From Felis catus (lineage: Eukaryota), in contig NC_058368.1 of NCBI RefSeq assembly GCF_018350175.1, positions 146,198,001 through 146,262,000 of the forward strand: DNA of 64,000 nucleotides, given 5' to 3'. A model generated the notes under the pieces. The model was not told the DNA's origin and did no database searches. It worked only from the letters and a program-made list of their open reading frames with translations. Positions 51,301-63,429 of the stretch are shown here, one piece after another. Within the stretch, counting starts at the first letter, position 1; every line of letters starts with the position of its first letter. Position numbers and translations under genes: made by a program.

Positions 51301-52639
51301 ATCATCTCAGATCTTTTGGATCAGAAGAAACCCCAAAACACATACTGTTTGGAGATTTGTAACCTAGGGTTCAAAACCTAGGTTAGGAATTAATAAGCAT
51401 AATTGTTTATAGGTATGCACATACTTATAGGAAGAGAATTCTTAGGTTTTATCAGTTTTCCTAAGAGATTGATGATCCAAGGAAATGTAAAAATTATCAT
51501 TATAGTTCATCTCCATCTCTTCAAGAACTTGCTATGTAATAAGGCCGTATTTTTTCTAATGTTCTAGGTTAATCCATCAATTGATGATCAGTCTGCCTAC
51601 AGTCAACTAGTATTATGTGACATTGTCCACATGTGGTGTATTTAATGGACAGAGTCTGAAACTTTGCAACACAAAGCAAAATTTTCTCTGATTAGCCCTT
51701 GGTCTCTTAGGTCAATTGCTTTATTATAGCCATATAGATCAACATGAGCATTTTCATTCTTCAGAAATCAAACCTGGGTTTTATTGACTATTCCACATGT
51801 AAAATATACTCAAAAATTAGTTTTTATATCTTTTTCAGTGCATTTTTAAAGTGTGCAGAGCTATATAATCCCTACTTTTTATAAACTGAAACCGGAAATG
51901 TGAATTTCATTGAAGAGTCAACCAAACCTGTAAAGATTATTGATGACACGTGCACCATATGGAAAACATTGTTCAAAATTCAAATTGTACCTTTCAAGTG
52001 TCTCTCACATCTCAACATGGTCTTGTTTTTCTAATATAAAAAGGTCAGATCACTGCTCTTAGGTGTCCTTTGCCTAGACTTGACATCCTACAGTACCAAG
52101 AATCTTTTTTTTTTTAGCTTTGTTTTTCCACTTCTATTTCTCCTGGTGTTGGTTTACTTCTCATCTTCCCCCACCTCCCTCTCCCCTTCCTGCTCAGCCT
52201 TCCTGACCAGAAAAAGAAACTAAAACTTGTTATGCCATGAAAAAGTAGACAAAAGCATACTATCCTAACATTCATGTGGAAAACAACAAAAGCATTAAGT
52301 AATTGCAATCTAAATAATAAAGCAAAAGTCAGCGACTCCCAGTCAAATGAAGAGGAAAAATCTTACTTTTCAAATTTATGTAAAATGTAGGAGGAAAAGA
52401 AATAGATTTTAGTAGGAGACCACAAATGGTGGTAGACTTTCCTCCAAATCTACTCAAGAAAGGCTACATGTCTAGTTTAGTTGAAACTAGTTCCCCAGCC
52501 CGAAGAAAATGGGAGTTATAAGTGCATCTTACTTCATATAAATGTATAAAATTGATTTCAAAACTGATGGTATTCATGTGTCACTTTCTTTTTTCAGTAA
52601 CATTTCCGTTTATCTAGCTTACATAACTCAGAGGTCTAT

Positions 52640-52880
52640 GACATGAAGAGGTCTGACCCTGGTGTCAAACCATCTAGGTCTCAGCCAGGAGCCACCACTT
52701 ACTAACACTAACTAGTCAGTCCCATGAACTTCAATTTATTTACTACATAATGGGCATAATAATAGTAACTCCTTCCTACACTTCTGGTGGGGTTTTAATA
52801 AGATTGTCAACGTAAAACAAAATGTCTGACACACTTTGTTTGCCATAAACATTACAATTGTTAGTATTGTTATTTTTATC
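52640..52880 (+). mobile_element. MIR relic
   Basis: GCCACCACTTACTAAC...ATAATGGGCATAATAATAGTA core. Confidence 0.55.
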
Positions 52881-53052
52881 ATTACTAAGCTCTATGACTT
52901 CAGCTCTGGCGTCAGAAAATTCTCTACACTGCTCCTCTTCTTGAGGTTGCAGCTTCAGACCTTTTTCATCTTAACATTCTTCTGTGCTTGTGGTTCTCAA
53001 ACTTTTGCCTGCATCAGGGTCACCTCAATGGCTTGAAAAAGACACAGATTAC

Positions 53053-53216
53053 ATGAACGGGGGAGGGGCAGAGAGAGAGGGAGACACAGAATCGGAAACA
53101 GGCTCCAGGCTCCGAGCCATCAGCCCAGAGCCTGACGCGGGGCTCAAACTCACGGACCGCGAGATTGTGGCCTGGCTGAAGTCAGACGCTTAACCGACTG
53201 CGCCACCCAGGCGCCC
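53053..53216 (-). mobile_element. Young SINEC_Fc, 3'-truncated (no poly(A) tail), flanked by a 97-bp duplication
   Basis: ATGAACGGGGGAGGGG...CGCCACCCAGGCGCCC; flanks 52956-53052 and 53216-53312 identical except 3 positions. Confidence 0.95.
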
Positions 53217-53247
53217 AGACCTTTTTCATCTTAACAATCTTCTGTGC

Positions 53248-53432
53248 TTGTGGTTCTCAAACTTTTGCCTGCATCAGCGTCACCTCAATGGCTTGAAAAA
53301 CACACAGATTACTGGACTCCGTTCCCAGAGTTTCTGATTCAAAAGTCTGGGGTGGGCCCAAGATAGCATTTCTAACATGTTTTCAGATGGTAATGATGCT
53401 GCTAGTCAGGGATCATACTTTGAGCACCGATG
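53248..53432. mobile_element. MER5A hAT element (first ~65 bp also duplicated at ~52988-53052)
   Basis: GTGGTTCTCAAACTT...CCCAGAGTTTCTGATTC...GCATTTCTAACA...ATACTTTGAGCACC. Confidence 0.85.
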
Positions 53433-53440
53433 TCCTAAAT

Positions 53441-53693
53441 CAAGGTTGGCAAACTTTTTCCATGAAGCATCACATAGGGAATATTTCAAAGGCAGCCCTG
53501 GACAATATGTAGACACATGAGCATGGCTGTGTTTTGGTCAAAGTCTATTTATATGCACCAATATCTGAATGTTATATAATTTTCACATCATGAAGTATTT
53601 TTAGTATGTTTTAACCCTTAAAACATATAAAAACCATTCTTAACTTGTGGGTCATGTAGAAACAGGCTGTGGGTCATAGTTTGTCAATTCCTA
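53441..53693. mobile_element. MER58-like hAT element
   Basis: CAAGGTTGGCAAACTTTTTC ... GGGTCATAGTTTGTCAATTCCTA terminal repeats. Confidence 0.8.
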
Positions 53694-54059
53694 TTCTATG
53701 GAGACTCAGGTGATTCTCACCTGCCCAGATTGAGGCATGGCCATCTATCTTCCTGCTTGGCTCAGCCTGAGCCTAGTGGTTTATTCACTGTCAGTAGGAG
53801 TCTTAACAGGAGCTTGTCGGAATTACTGGTGAGCCAACCTGCTTGTTACTGTCACTCCTAGAAAGTGCTGTTCCTGTTATTCTGGCTTTTAAGCTTCAGC
53901 TTCAACCTCTCTTAGAGCATATGCTCTGGTAGTTGTCTCTTCAGCATCAATGTCCTTCTTCCGGCCAGTGTCCACTATTTTCCTTTGGCGACCTTATTTT
54001 CCTCCACTGGTAGTGGCCCTGTGGTTTGGGTTGGTTAGGTTAATCAGAGCATCTGATTT

Positions 54060-54495
54060 TCTGTGGTGACAGTCATTGGTTGAGGAATAAGAACAAGACC
54101 TTGTTCAGGCCAATGAAATGTGAAGGGATTTTTTGCTGGAAAATTATGGAAAAGGAGTTTACCTGTTTTTCATCAGCAGCTAAGAAAGAGACCTTTTCTT
54201 TTGCTGTGTACTGTATGCTGAGGGAGCAAATTCTGGAATGGCTGCAGGCATTATTGCTATGATGAAAGAAATAAGGTTGAGACAAAGGGAAAAATACGAA
54301 GGGCCGAGCTGAGAAAACTATGAATACACAATTAGGGTTCTAGTCACAGTTCTAGATCACACCTCTAGATAAAGCCATACCTGAATCTATTGGATTGCTC
54401 AGGACTATTCAGTTATTTGAGTCAAGATATTCCCTTTTACTGATGAAAAGATTAAAAAGTAATGCTTCTCTTGAACGTGAAGTCATCTTAACAAA
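54060..54495 (+). mobile_element. MaLR (MLT1-type) LTR remnant
   Basis: CAGGCCAATGAAATGTGAAGG...CTAGATAAAGCCATACCTGAA...GGACTATTCAGTTATTTGAG. Confidence 0.6.
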
Positions 54496-54829
54496 TGGAG
54501 TTAGTGAAATCGGGAATTAACTCAATGGAAGAGAAAAATAGAGAAGAATCAGGATGCTCGTATTCTTGTTTCAGATTGACAACTTATTAACTACATCTCT
54601 GAAATAGTCTGGGCCCTCAGGTCAAATGAGGGGATGGATTAAATTAGTGGCTTTTAAATATTTTCTGACTGAAGCCCTTTCCTCAAATGAAGTCTTATGC
54701 AGAATCCAAAGAATTGCTATCCTAACAGGATCCCAGCGTGCTCACCGTTTCCTTCCTCCTGTGACTTCAAGGAAACTTTAAAAATTATGTTTTGAGGACC
54801 ACAGTTTGAAAATAACTGGAAGTAGTGAT

Positions 54830-55090
54830 CTGGAGGCTGGAATTAGACTCCCAAACACAGGTCTGATGTGCAGGAAACATGAGTTCCAACCCAAACTGCT
54901 AAATTCACCCACTGTGTGACCATAGGTAAATTACTAAAAACTCTCTACACTTCATTTTTTTTTTTTTAATCTGTAAATGTGATAATAAGAGCACCTCTCT
55001 CTTTGGGTGGTTTCCAAGACTAGGAAAGTGCATTGAAAGTCCCCAGCACAGTGCCTGGCACTATAAGTACTCAAATGTTAACTGTAATGA
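54830..55090 (+). mobile_element. MIR relic
   Basis: CTGTGTGACCATAGGTAAATTACT...CAGCACAGTGCCTGGCAC...ACTCAAATGTTA. Confidence 0.75.
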
Positions 55091-55789
55091 AGGGTCTTAT
55101 AAAATTATTTGATTTAAGCAGTCATCAAAAAGTTTTTCTTCCTCCCTCTTTTCTCTGAGGAGACACATTCCAATTAGGTGTTACACCCAGGAGTAAGGAA
55201 TAAAAAAACAAGTAATTAAGTTATTGTTATGATCTTAATTACCATTAATTTAATGAATCTTTGTTGTGGCAGAATAAAATGGTTTCTGCCAGTCTATTAT
55301 ATCAAAAGGCTGTTTCAGGGAGTGGATGGATTGTCAAGGCAAGCTGGCAGGAATTATAAGCATCCTTTGATTTCCTTTTGTATATTGCATTTCATTTTAG
55401 AAAGATGACCTATCACTTATATAGAAACATCTAGATCCTTTGAAAGAATCTTCCAAGAACTCTCTCCTTATTAAAAGACTTGAATACACTGGAAGTGCTT
55501 GGCAAATAAGCATAATTATAACTAGAGTCATAAGTAAATTAGATGGCACTTTAGTCATGTCTTGTGGAGTTTTCCAGGGTTTCAAAGCATCGCTTAGCTG
55601 TTGCCCAACTTCATCTAGTCCCTGTCCTAGATAGAAGATATGAAGCATCCAGCCGGCCACCTGTTCTGGAGGATGTTATTAGGAGGGGTGACAGTGAGCC
55701 CTTCTGAGATTCTGCAGTGGGAAACAATTCTGTCTATGATGTTCTCTAGATAGCTTGCATGTCCTTGAACCCTGGTTTGCCCCCCAGAA

Positions 55790-56240
55790 GGAGTGTGTTT
55801 GGAACAGTTACTTTAGTTTCAAATAACAGAAACAAAATTTAGCTAACTTAAGCAAAATAAGAAAAAGAAAAAGAAAAGAAAGGAGTAGCAAAGTTACTGG
55901 AAAGCTTCTGAGGGTTTTCATGAGCATCTCATCAGAATGCTACCATTAATGCACCTTAACTCCTCTTACTTCAAGTATCACTATCTCTCCGAACCAAATT
56001 TTAAATACCTGGGGGAAAGAATATGATTGTCTACATTGGCCAGGTGTCACCCATACCCAGAAGAATCAGCCCCATGCAGGGCTGTTTTCAGGAAAGCAGG
56101 AAAGTTAAATTGGGTTGGCACTCCAAAAGGATCCTGTTCAGGAAACACGTGCCAACTCCACATCACTCAAACACACATGATCTCTGTGAAAGGGCCAGAG
56201 TTGAGGGCAAGAATCTAAGTTTCACAGAAGGAAGAAGTCT
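55790..56240 (-). mobile_element. Old LTR remnant (ERVL/MaLR-type)
   Basis: TTTAGTTTCAAATAACAGAAACAAAATTTAGCTAACTTAAGCAAAA resembles reverse LTR 3' end. Confidence 0.4.
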
Positions 56241-56263
56241 ATTTTTTGTTGATTTCAAACAGA

Positions 56264-56266
<3 letters not shown>

Positions 56267-56329
<63 letters not shown>

Positions 56330-56335
56330 TTTTTT
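56267..56335. repeat. Compound (AT)n+poly(T) microsatellite
   Basis: Directly visible. Confidence 0.97.
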
Positions 56336-56921
56336 GCTAAGGGAAAATTCAGTACTAAGTGTACATCTGCATTTTGATGATCAGGCCATACCAGATGCCA
56401 CAGCACCTTGATGTTCAGTACCTTATATTTACTGAACTGGCAGGAAGATAGGAGCTGTTTAAGATGTTCTTTAGGGACTGGTGCTGTTAATGATAGATAC
56501 TCAGTGACTTTCAAGCAGGTCTCGTTGGAGCCTGTTTGTTATCTAGAGAAATCAGTATAACATATGATCACCAATAAGAGTTGCATCTGCTGCTTATTTA
56601 CAAAACTGACCTACCCCTGAATCCCTTCTGCCATACCAGTAGCAATATAATAACTGGCCCATTATTAAGCCTGTTAAGATTTTCCAGTGAATGACCCTGG
56701 AACTCTGTCCAGCAATAAGCGAGGTGGACCCATTCCAGTGGTGGAGGGAGGAGATAAAGCTGAACTCAGTTTCCCATGGGAACTTGGATCCCTAAAGTCT
56801 TCAGGTGCTGAGGCAGCTGGTAACTCCTATTATTGCCCTAAACAAGTAATGGCTTATTTTGCTTGACGCCTGAGTCCAAAACATTTATTCCTCCTAACCA
56901 TTGTTGCTTTCATACCTGACT

Positions 56922-57029
56922 TATAAAAAGGAAGAGTAACAGGGGGTGAGGTCGCTTTCCTGGTGCACAGCCCCATGTATTAGCTCCGCACCAGCCCAGC
57001 CATGCCCATCTGGAGAATATGGAGTAAGT
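56922..57029 (+). promoter_or_regulatory. Candidate TATA box, Inr and first-exon 5' splice site
   Basis: TATAAAAAG at 56922; Inr-like TCGCTTT at 56952; GGA|GTAAGT donor at 57023/57024. Confidence 0.3.
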
Positions 57030-57679
57030 AGTTACCCGTGGACCAGCTCACTTTTTTGCCTCCACATTCTCATCATCATCGAGTCATGCCACTCATGTTA
57101 AATTCTGGACTTTCTGGCCCAACGCATATCTATGCCTAATGTCACATTTAGGAAGATTAAAGGAGTAGAGATAGAGGTAGAATCTATTAGAGGCAGATTT
57201 GCCCCAAATTTCTGTTTTTTAGGAATACAGAGGTGTCAGAGTAATGGTTGTTAAAATTCTCAAGAGAAAAAAAAGTGGTGTTTGGCAGATTTCTCTGTTT
57301 CTTTTGTTCTGGTTTAAAGGAGTTTAAACTCCTGCTTATGGGGTGTGAGTGCACAGGGGATTGAACATCTTCATACATATAAGCGTCCCTTTCTTTCCAT
57401 TTCACATATATTTGATTCCAGCATATCTTTTGGGGTCTGAGGATGAGAGAATAGCATATTGACTCAGGGTTCTGTGTAGAGCCAGAGCAAAGGTCTTACA
57501 AGTGTGATCATCTCATTGCCATTATTTGGGAAAAATGATGTTTCCTCCTCTTTTCTTGCTACGTAGCCTAAGTCTCCAAATTCCTATTCTAATTTCCACT
57601 TCCCAGGTATGCCATTTCTTTATTATCTCTTGGAACTTTATTGAAGGGAATGGGAAAGCATGATTGGGCACTTTTGGTG

Positions 57680-58630
57680 ATTTGATGTCTGCTCAGCATT
57701 TGAACACTCTTACAGTAGAATCCTTTCTTCCCTATAGGAGTAGAAAGGATCAGATTCTTGATCTATTCATCCCCTTGGCAGCGAGGACACTATCACAAGT
57801 CTTGAACTTGACCAATAGGAATTATCACTAGAATAAATTAATACATTAGCCCCAATTCTTCATCACAGTCTGTTTCAATGACTTTTGCTATATGACTTGA
57901 CACTTTTCTCATTGGAGGTGGAATGTTTTGCACTGGCCTCTTGGCTTTGGGCTTGCCATATAATTTATATTTGCCAATGGAGTGTAGGTAGATTTGATGT
58001 TGCAGAGGTTTGAAATGTATTTATACATTTTGGCTTGCTATCTTGAATTTCTGCCATTACCATGAGAAGAAATGTCAGGCAGCCCATTGATCCAATAAGA
58101 ATAGGAGCTAAGGAGTTCACAAAGAACCCAACCTGAAGTTTGGAGCCAAGCAGAGCCAAATACAGCCAAGCACAGCTTAGATCAGTTAACCCTCAGCTGA
58201 TCCACATACAAATAAAAATCGTTATTTTAAGTCATTGAATTTTGGAGTAGTTTTGCTATGCAGCTTCACTGTGGCAGCAGTTCACTAGTACATCTAATCT
58301 GGGGATTTTGAACTTGTAGAACATGTTGCATGGGAGCAGAGAAAGTGAAGAGTTTATATTGCCTATGGAGATACCACATTTAGGAACATATGACAGAGGG
58401 CTAATGACAAGGCACAGCGTTCAGCAGTGGCATCAGTTTGGCTGAGGTTTCAGCTCCCCAGCTGCCCTATGTTCTTGTTTCATTTTCTTCCCTGGTGTAC
58501 CAGCTTTCTGGGTTATTCCATTAGATAACTAATATCCTTTTGAGATAACAAATATCCTTCCAGTAAACTTATTTTCTGCTTAATTTGGTCTGAGTCAGTG
58601 TTATTTGCAAATAAGAACTCTGTCTGATCA
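57680..58630 (+). mobile_element. LTR16-like ERVL LTR interrupted by an MLT1-type LTR (~57835-58292)
   Basis: MLT1 end TTTTAAGTCATTGAATTTTGGAGTAGTTTTGCTATGCAGC...CTAGTACA; outer LTR end CCAGTAAACTTATTTTCTGCTTAA...TAAGAACTCTGTCTGATCA. Confidence 0.65.
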
Positions 58631-60029
58631 GCCCTTATGTTTCATGGAAATGAAAGATTTGGAAAAGCAGAGTGAAATGGGCCAGCAGTGGAGGAAGCAG
58701 GGACATTAGTCCATGAGTCCACAATTCTGGTGGCATGGTGTAGGGGAGACTCTCTGTACAGTGTGAGGCAGGATTTTTATTTTATGCCTTTGAGAATGTT
58801 TAACAGTTCCTACTTCCTCACAGAGCACATGAGTAATGGGGTTGGTCAGTAGGCTGTCTTTCAAAAGGATCAAAGTTTTTCACTCAGTGAGTTCCATCCA
58901 TCCACAATCCTAAAACTAATGAATTATGCCTCATGGACACTTGACACTTCTATTCCTTATCTAATTGTTAAAACCTAGACATCCATTTGATATGCTAAGA
59001 ACTCCTAGTGAGGAGTTCCTAGTCACAACTCCTATGTAATAGTCTTCTTCAACACATTGTCCATTCATTAACCTGGTTTTATTACAGAAAAAAAAAATTA
59101 AATGTTCAAGCCATATACAACTACAAAATCATGCACAGTGTTTTTTATTTTTTTTCTAAGCCTTGTCAAATACTTCATTTTTTCTAAAGCCTCAAAGTAT
59201 ACATAATTGAATAGTGGAATAGATACCAAATTCTCCAGTATATTATAAGGTATGTAAAGTGAATGGATATATGTTTGCCATTATTGTCATAAACCAGAGA
59301 ATAAGGAATATTTAAGAAGATGATGTCCTTGTGCCATGTAATCTCAGATAGATGCATTTCATTTCATTTAAGGTAGAAGAGAATTGAGTTTTGTCACGCA
59401 GAAAATAAACTCATTTACTTGGCATTAGTTTTATATTCAACCCAAGACATTTAATTCTGGAACTTGGATCACACTGACTCTACTGTATATGTAAAATGTT
59501 CACTGACTAATATATACATTTTAAGTTTATTATCTTTAGCCTTTACACAAAACCCTTGACAGACTGTTCTTAATGCATATATGTTAGAGATAATGGAGTC
59601 TGTTTTTTGTCAGTTCTAAATTTAAATTATTTACTTTCTTGATGGTTAAAAATGTTGAAGTCAGGGCATTAAGAGGTAAATCAGTCCATTTGTGCTTCTT
59701 CAAAGAATTAAGAATTTACATGATAGATGAAAGTTTACTAAATACTGTTCACATTCTGGCTTTCCAAAGGCAAATAAGAGTGACCAACCTTAAATACTTT
59801 AAGTTCATATGAAACATCTAGTTTGAGGAAGCCAGTGGGAGAATGGGGAGATAGAGAATTGGATTCAGAGGTAAAACGACAAAGACCTTTCATATTCTCA
59901 AGGGAATGAAACAAAGAGGAAAAAAAATCAATAAAGCAAGTTGCATTAAGAGTCTGATCGTCTGAAAATAACAAGCATGAAGGAAAAGTAGAGCATGAAA
60001 TTCAAATGTCTATACTTAGCATTTATTTT

Positions 60030-60330
60030 ATCATAGGTGTTCACCATAAAAATCCAAATTTAAAAAAATAAAAGGGAAGAAAAACCATTGTATTCCCACC
60101 TCCTAGAGAAAGCCATTATTATCATGTTGGTATGCATTTTTTATAGCTGGTATTTACAAATGTGTGTGTGTGTGCACACAAGTACAGGATTTTTATACCA
60201 ATGAATCACATTTTATAAAGTGTAACATGGTTTCACCACTTAATATGTTGTGTGCATCCTTTCATGTCAAAAATATACTCAATATACATTTAATGGCTGT
60301 ATAAACATTTCATTTTGTAGAATAAACAAA
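60030..60330 (-). mobile_element. Ancient L1 (L1ME-like) fragment
   Basis: CCCACCTCCTAGAGAAAGCCATT...TTTAATGGCTGTATA typical reverse L1ME text. Confidence 0.55.
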
Positions 60331-61039
60331 TAAATGAATTCTACAAAATTTTTCTGTAAATTTCTCTCCCATTACTTCTATTATTAAAATGAAGCTATAG
60401 CCCCAGTGCACGCCTGAATGGCGGAAAACCTGTAGAAGCAAGTGTGTCAGTAGGCTAGATGGCCTCATGACATCAGGCTGTTGCATAGAGGTGCTTTGCT
60501 AAATTGGATTGTTCTATAACATGCCCACGGCCTCAGCTCACTTTTCAAGTTCCTGTGCCTGCTATTATTCTCTCAGATGCTTCATTTCTTTTGGCCAGCC
60601 TGGGGAAGGTCCGTATTTTGCTCAGTGTCTTGCAATGTTTAATAGAACTGGATTCAAATGTGGTACTTCAGCACTGTTCCCCCACCCAATAGACACAGGT
60701 ACTTAATTGAAGACTCTTGGTGGCCGGGAGGGAATGACTTCAAATGCCCTGTGCCCGACTCTCTTAAAAGTTGATAAAATTCGAATGTGAAGCTTTTTTA
60801 AGGGTATGATTTCAGTTTGCAAGTAGAGGCGGAGTGGAGAGAAATTTCCAAGTACCCCTGAAATAATCAGCAGTGAGCAGTCAACTCTTGTGCCTACATA
60901 TGCTTCGTATCCTAAACAAAAGACTTGTGCAGGCTAAGTCGAAACTTGGGATATCCATTTCACTTAAAAAAATGTAATCTTAGAGGACACTGATGTGACT
61001 TGTGCTGTGCTGTCCTTTAAATATATCGTTCCTGAAGAG

Positions 61040-61380
61040 AAAACAAAATAGTTGTGCAATAACAGGCTATTGGTTAAATAAATTATGTTGTATTCTATAG
61101 TGGGATACTCTCCAATTATTACAAAATGGTATTGCAAAAATCTATAATTTGTGTAAATATGTTCATGTTAAATTGGAGGCTGTAAAATAGTGTGTACTAT
61201 TTTATCCCACTTTGTAAAAATAATTATGTATGTTTTATCTTTACATCAGTATCTTTACATGAATCATTAACAATCGTTGTTTTGGACGGGTAAGATTACT
61301 GGAAAAATTTATTTCTTGTGTATTTGAATGTTCTAAATTTTCTTTAATTCAAAGATTTAAATTTTGTAATGAGAAAAAAA
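61040..61380 (+). mobile_element. Ancient L1 (L1ME-like) 3' fragment
   Basis: TGGTTAAATAAATTATG...ATTCTATAGTGGGATACT...TTTTGTAATGAGAAAAAAA. Confidence 0.55.
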
Positions 61381-63429
61381 ACCATTTTTAATTATCTAGA
61401 TACGAGACGAAAAGTGCTATGGAATTCTGTCTCCCATATGATTCTGAACGGGTTCATTATACCATTTCTTAAGCACAGGGCTTGTCATTTGGAGGTCAAC
61501 ATCCTCTTAGAAGAAAGAATAAAAGTAGTGGAAAAGAGAAGCATCTCTTGCTTAGTGACTCATAGTGTGCTAGCGTGATTAGAGGTGAGGGGCAGCTACA
61601 TTAGCATATTGCCTTGGATCATAATGAGTAAAAACTTATGCAGAGCAGAGAATAGGGGGAAATGACAAGCAATTAAAAGCCTAGAAGTAATTTTCTATTT
61701 TTTCTCCTTTTTTTCCCCCGCAGATTGATGTGGATATCTCCCTGTGCATGGTGTAGCCAGTGGGTGAGTTGATTCTTGCTGATATTCATAGATAAGGTTA
61801 ATCTCAGGATTGGGGAAAGAAAGGAGTAACCAGCACATGCCCCCTGAATGTCTCCTACTGAAGTAAGCCCTCTTGTTATCACACAGTGTTTCCTGTAACT
61901 CTTCAAAAAGACTGAAGTGAGCCCTCACGTAATTTCTGGAAAGGTGAAGTCCTGGGTACACTTCACAAAGTAGAAATTCCAACCACAGTGGGATTTCCAA
62001 GAACACGCCTTTAAACCAACCAACCAAGCAACAAACAAACCCAAAAAACAAAACAAAACAAAAAACCCAAACAAGTGAATTTTCATTCTCTAAAAGCTCT
62101 TTGTCGATGTTTAAACAACTACTGAGAAAGAGAAGTAGGGGCCAGTGAAGAATACGTTCGCTGTACTATAAACACAGGACAGTCATCTGTTTTTAGAGCT
62201 GGAAAGGCTTTCAGGAATCTTCTAACCCAAACCCAAGGGAAATGAGACTTGCCCCAAATTTCTGTATCTATCATACTCCCACCACTTTCCCATGAGGTAA
62301 ATGGAAAGGCGGAATAGCACGAAATTTCTGAGGCTGGAGTTCTATTCCTCACTCATATTTTCTCATAAGGCCTTTTGCCATTTGTGCCATAACTGTAACT
62401 ATATATATTTGAGTGGAAGGAAAAAGTGGGAGTAGGAAATGTAACATGACCCATACCTACGTTATGTGGACAAGAATAATCCATAGGATGTCTTTGATGA
62501 TCTTTGTCCTCTTTAAAAGGAAACTAAACATAAGAATTGAGTGTGTTTGTCTTCAATCTCAACAACTTTATTTTCTGAGAGCCAATTTCTGTAGGTTTCC
62601 ATGACTGATTAAAGGATGAGAAATTTGGACGGAGCAGAAAAAGTCCCTATGGAATAGATTAGAGAGTGTTAATATGCCTAAGTAGAAAGGAAACTTCTGT
62701 AGAATTAGTGATACACAACTCAGGTTTTGTAAAGTCGGCTGACCATACCAGCATCAGCTCACCAGTACCTTCCAATGACCACTTATTTCCTTGTAACTCC
62801 ATTGGGTGTGATATTCAGGGTGTCTAAGATCATCTGTCATTTTGCTGGACTTCTTCACAGCCCCTCTGCTTCCTGGCTGAGTTATTTATGTAACATTATT
62901 CCACATGGGAAAGCCCAGCTGTTAAAGTTTTAGAATCAGGAATAAGAACACATTTTTATTAGATCTTTCATCTTGTCTACAGTATGTTTTTCTTGGTTTA
63001 AATAATGATAACAGCATGCTAGTCCTCCACCATAACTCATTCGCTAGTACATGTCTTTGGGGGCGAGAGCTGCCCTTGCTGTACTTCTGGGGTTCCAAAA
63101 TGGGACTGATAGCAAACTAAAGGTGAAATCTGTGTGTGGGATTTGTATAATCACCTGATGAGTTTGAACTCATACACCTGGGGTAAGTACTGCAGAGGTA
63201 AAAACGATAGAACTAAGTTACACATTGGTAGGAGCAAGATGGGGATTAGAGAGAAAAAAAGGGTTTGGGGGATTAGCAAGTCTTGGTCATAGAAGAAAAG
63301 TTGTACTATTTACAAAATTAGGGAAACCCAGCAAAGAAGGAGGAGGTTGAGAAGGGAAGACAAAGCTTTGTTTGTCATATGAAGTTGCGAGTTGCTGGGA
63401 AGAGATCCAGGTGGAAGGGTCTTAGGGGG

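Noticed and set aside
758..53216. tRNA-like A/B-box heads and recurring near-identical sequences as tRNA genes or a CRISPR-like array
   Set aside because: These are dispersed tRNA-derived Can-SINEs with TSDs. There is no regular repeat-spacer array and no complete tRNA cloverleaf.
10203..56335. Inverted relationship between A(n)(AT)n at 10203 and (AT)nT(n) at 56267
   Set aside because: A common independent poly(A)-to-microsatellite pattern; the flanks share no homology.
238..62604. Numerous 60-130 aa ORFs in the supplied track outside the L1 ORFs
   Set aside because: Most start at non-ATG codons or overlap SINEs, microsatellites or decayed repeats, and none resembles a host protein I recognise. 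This is expected background.
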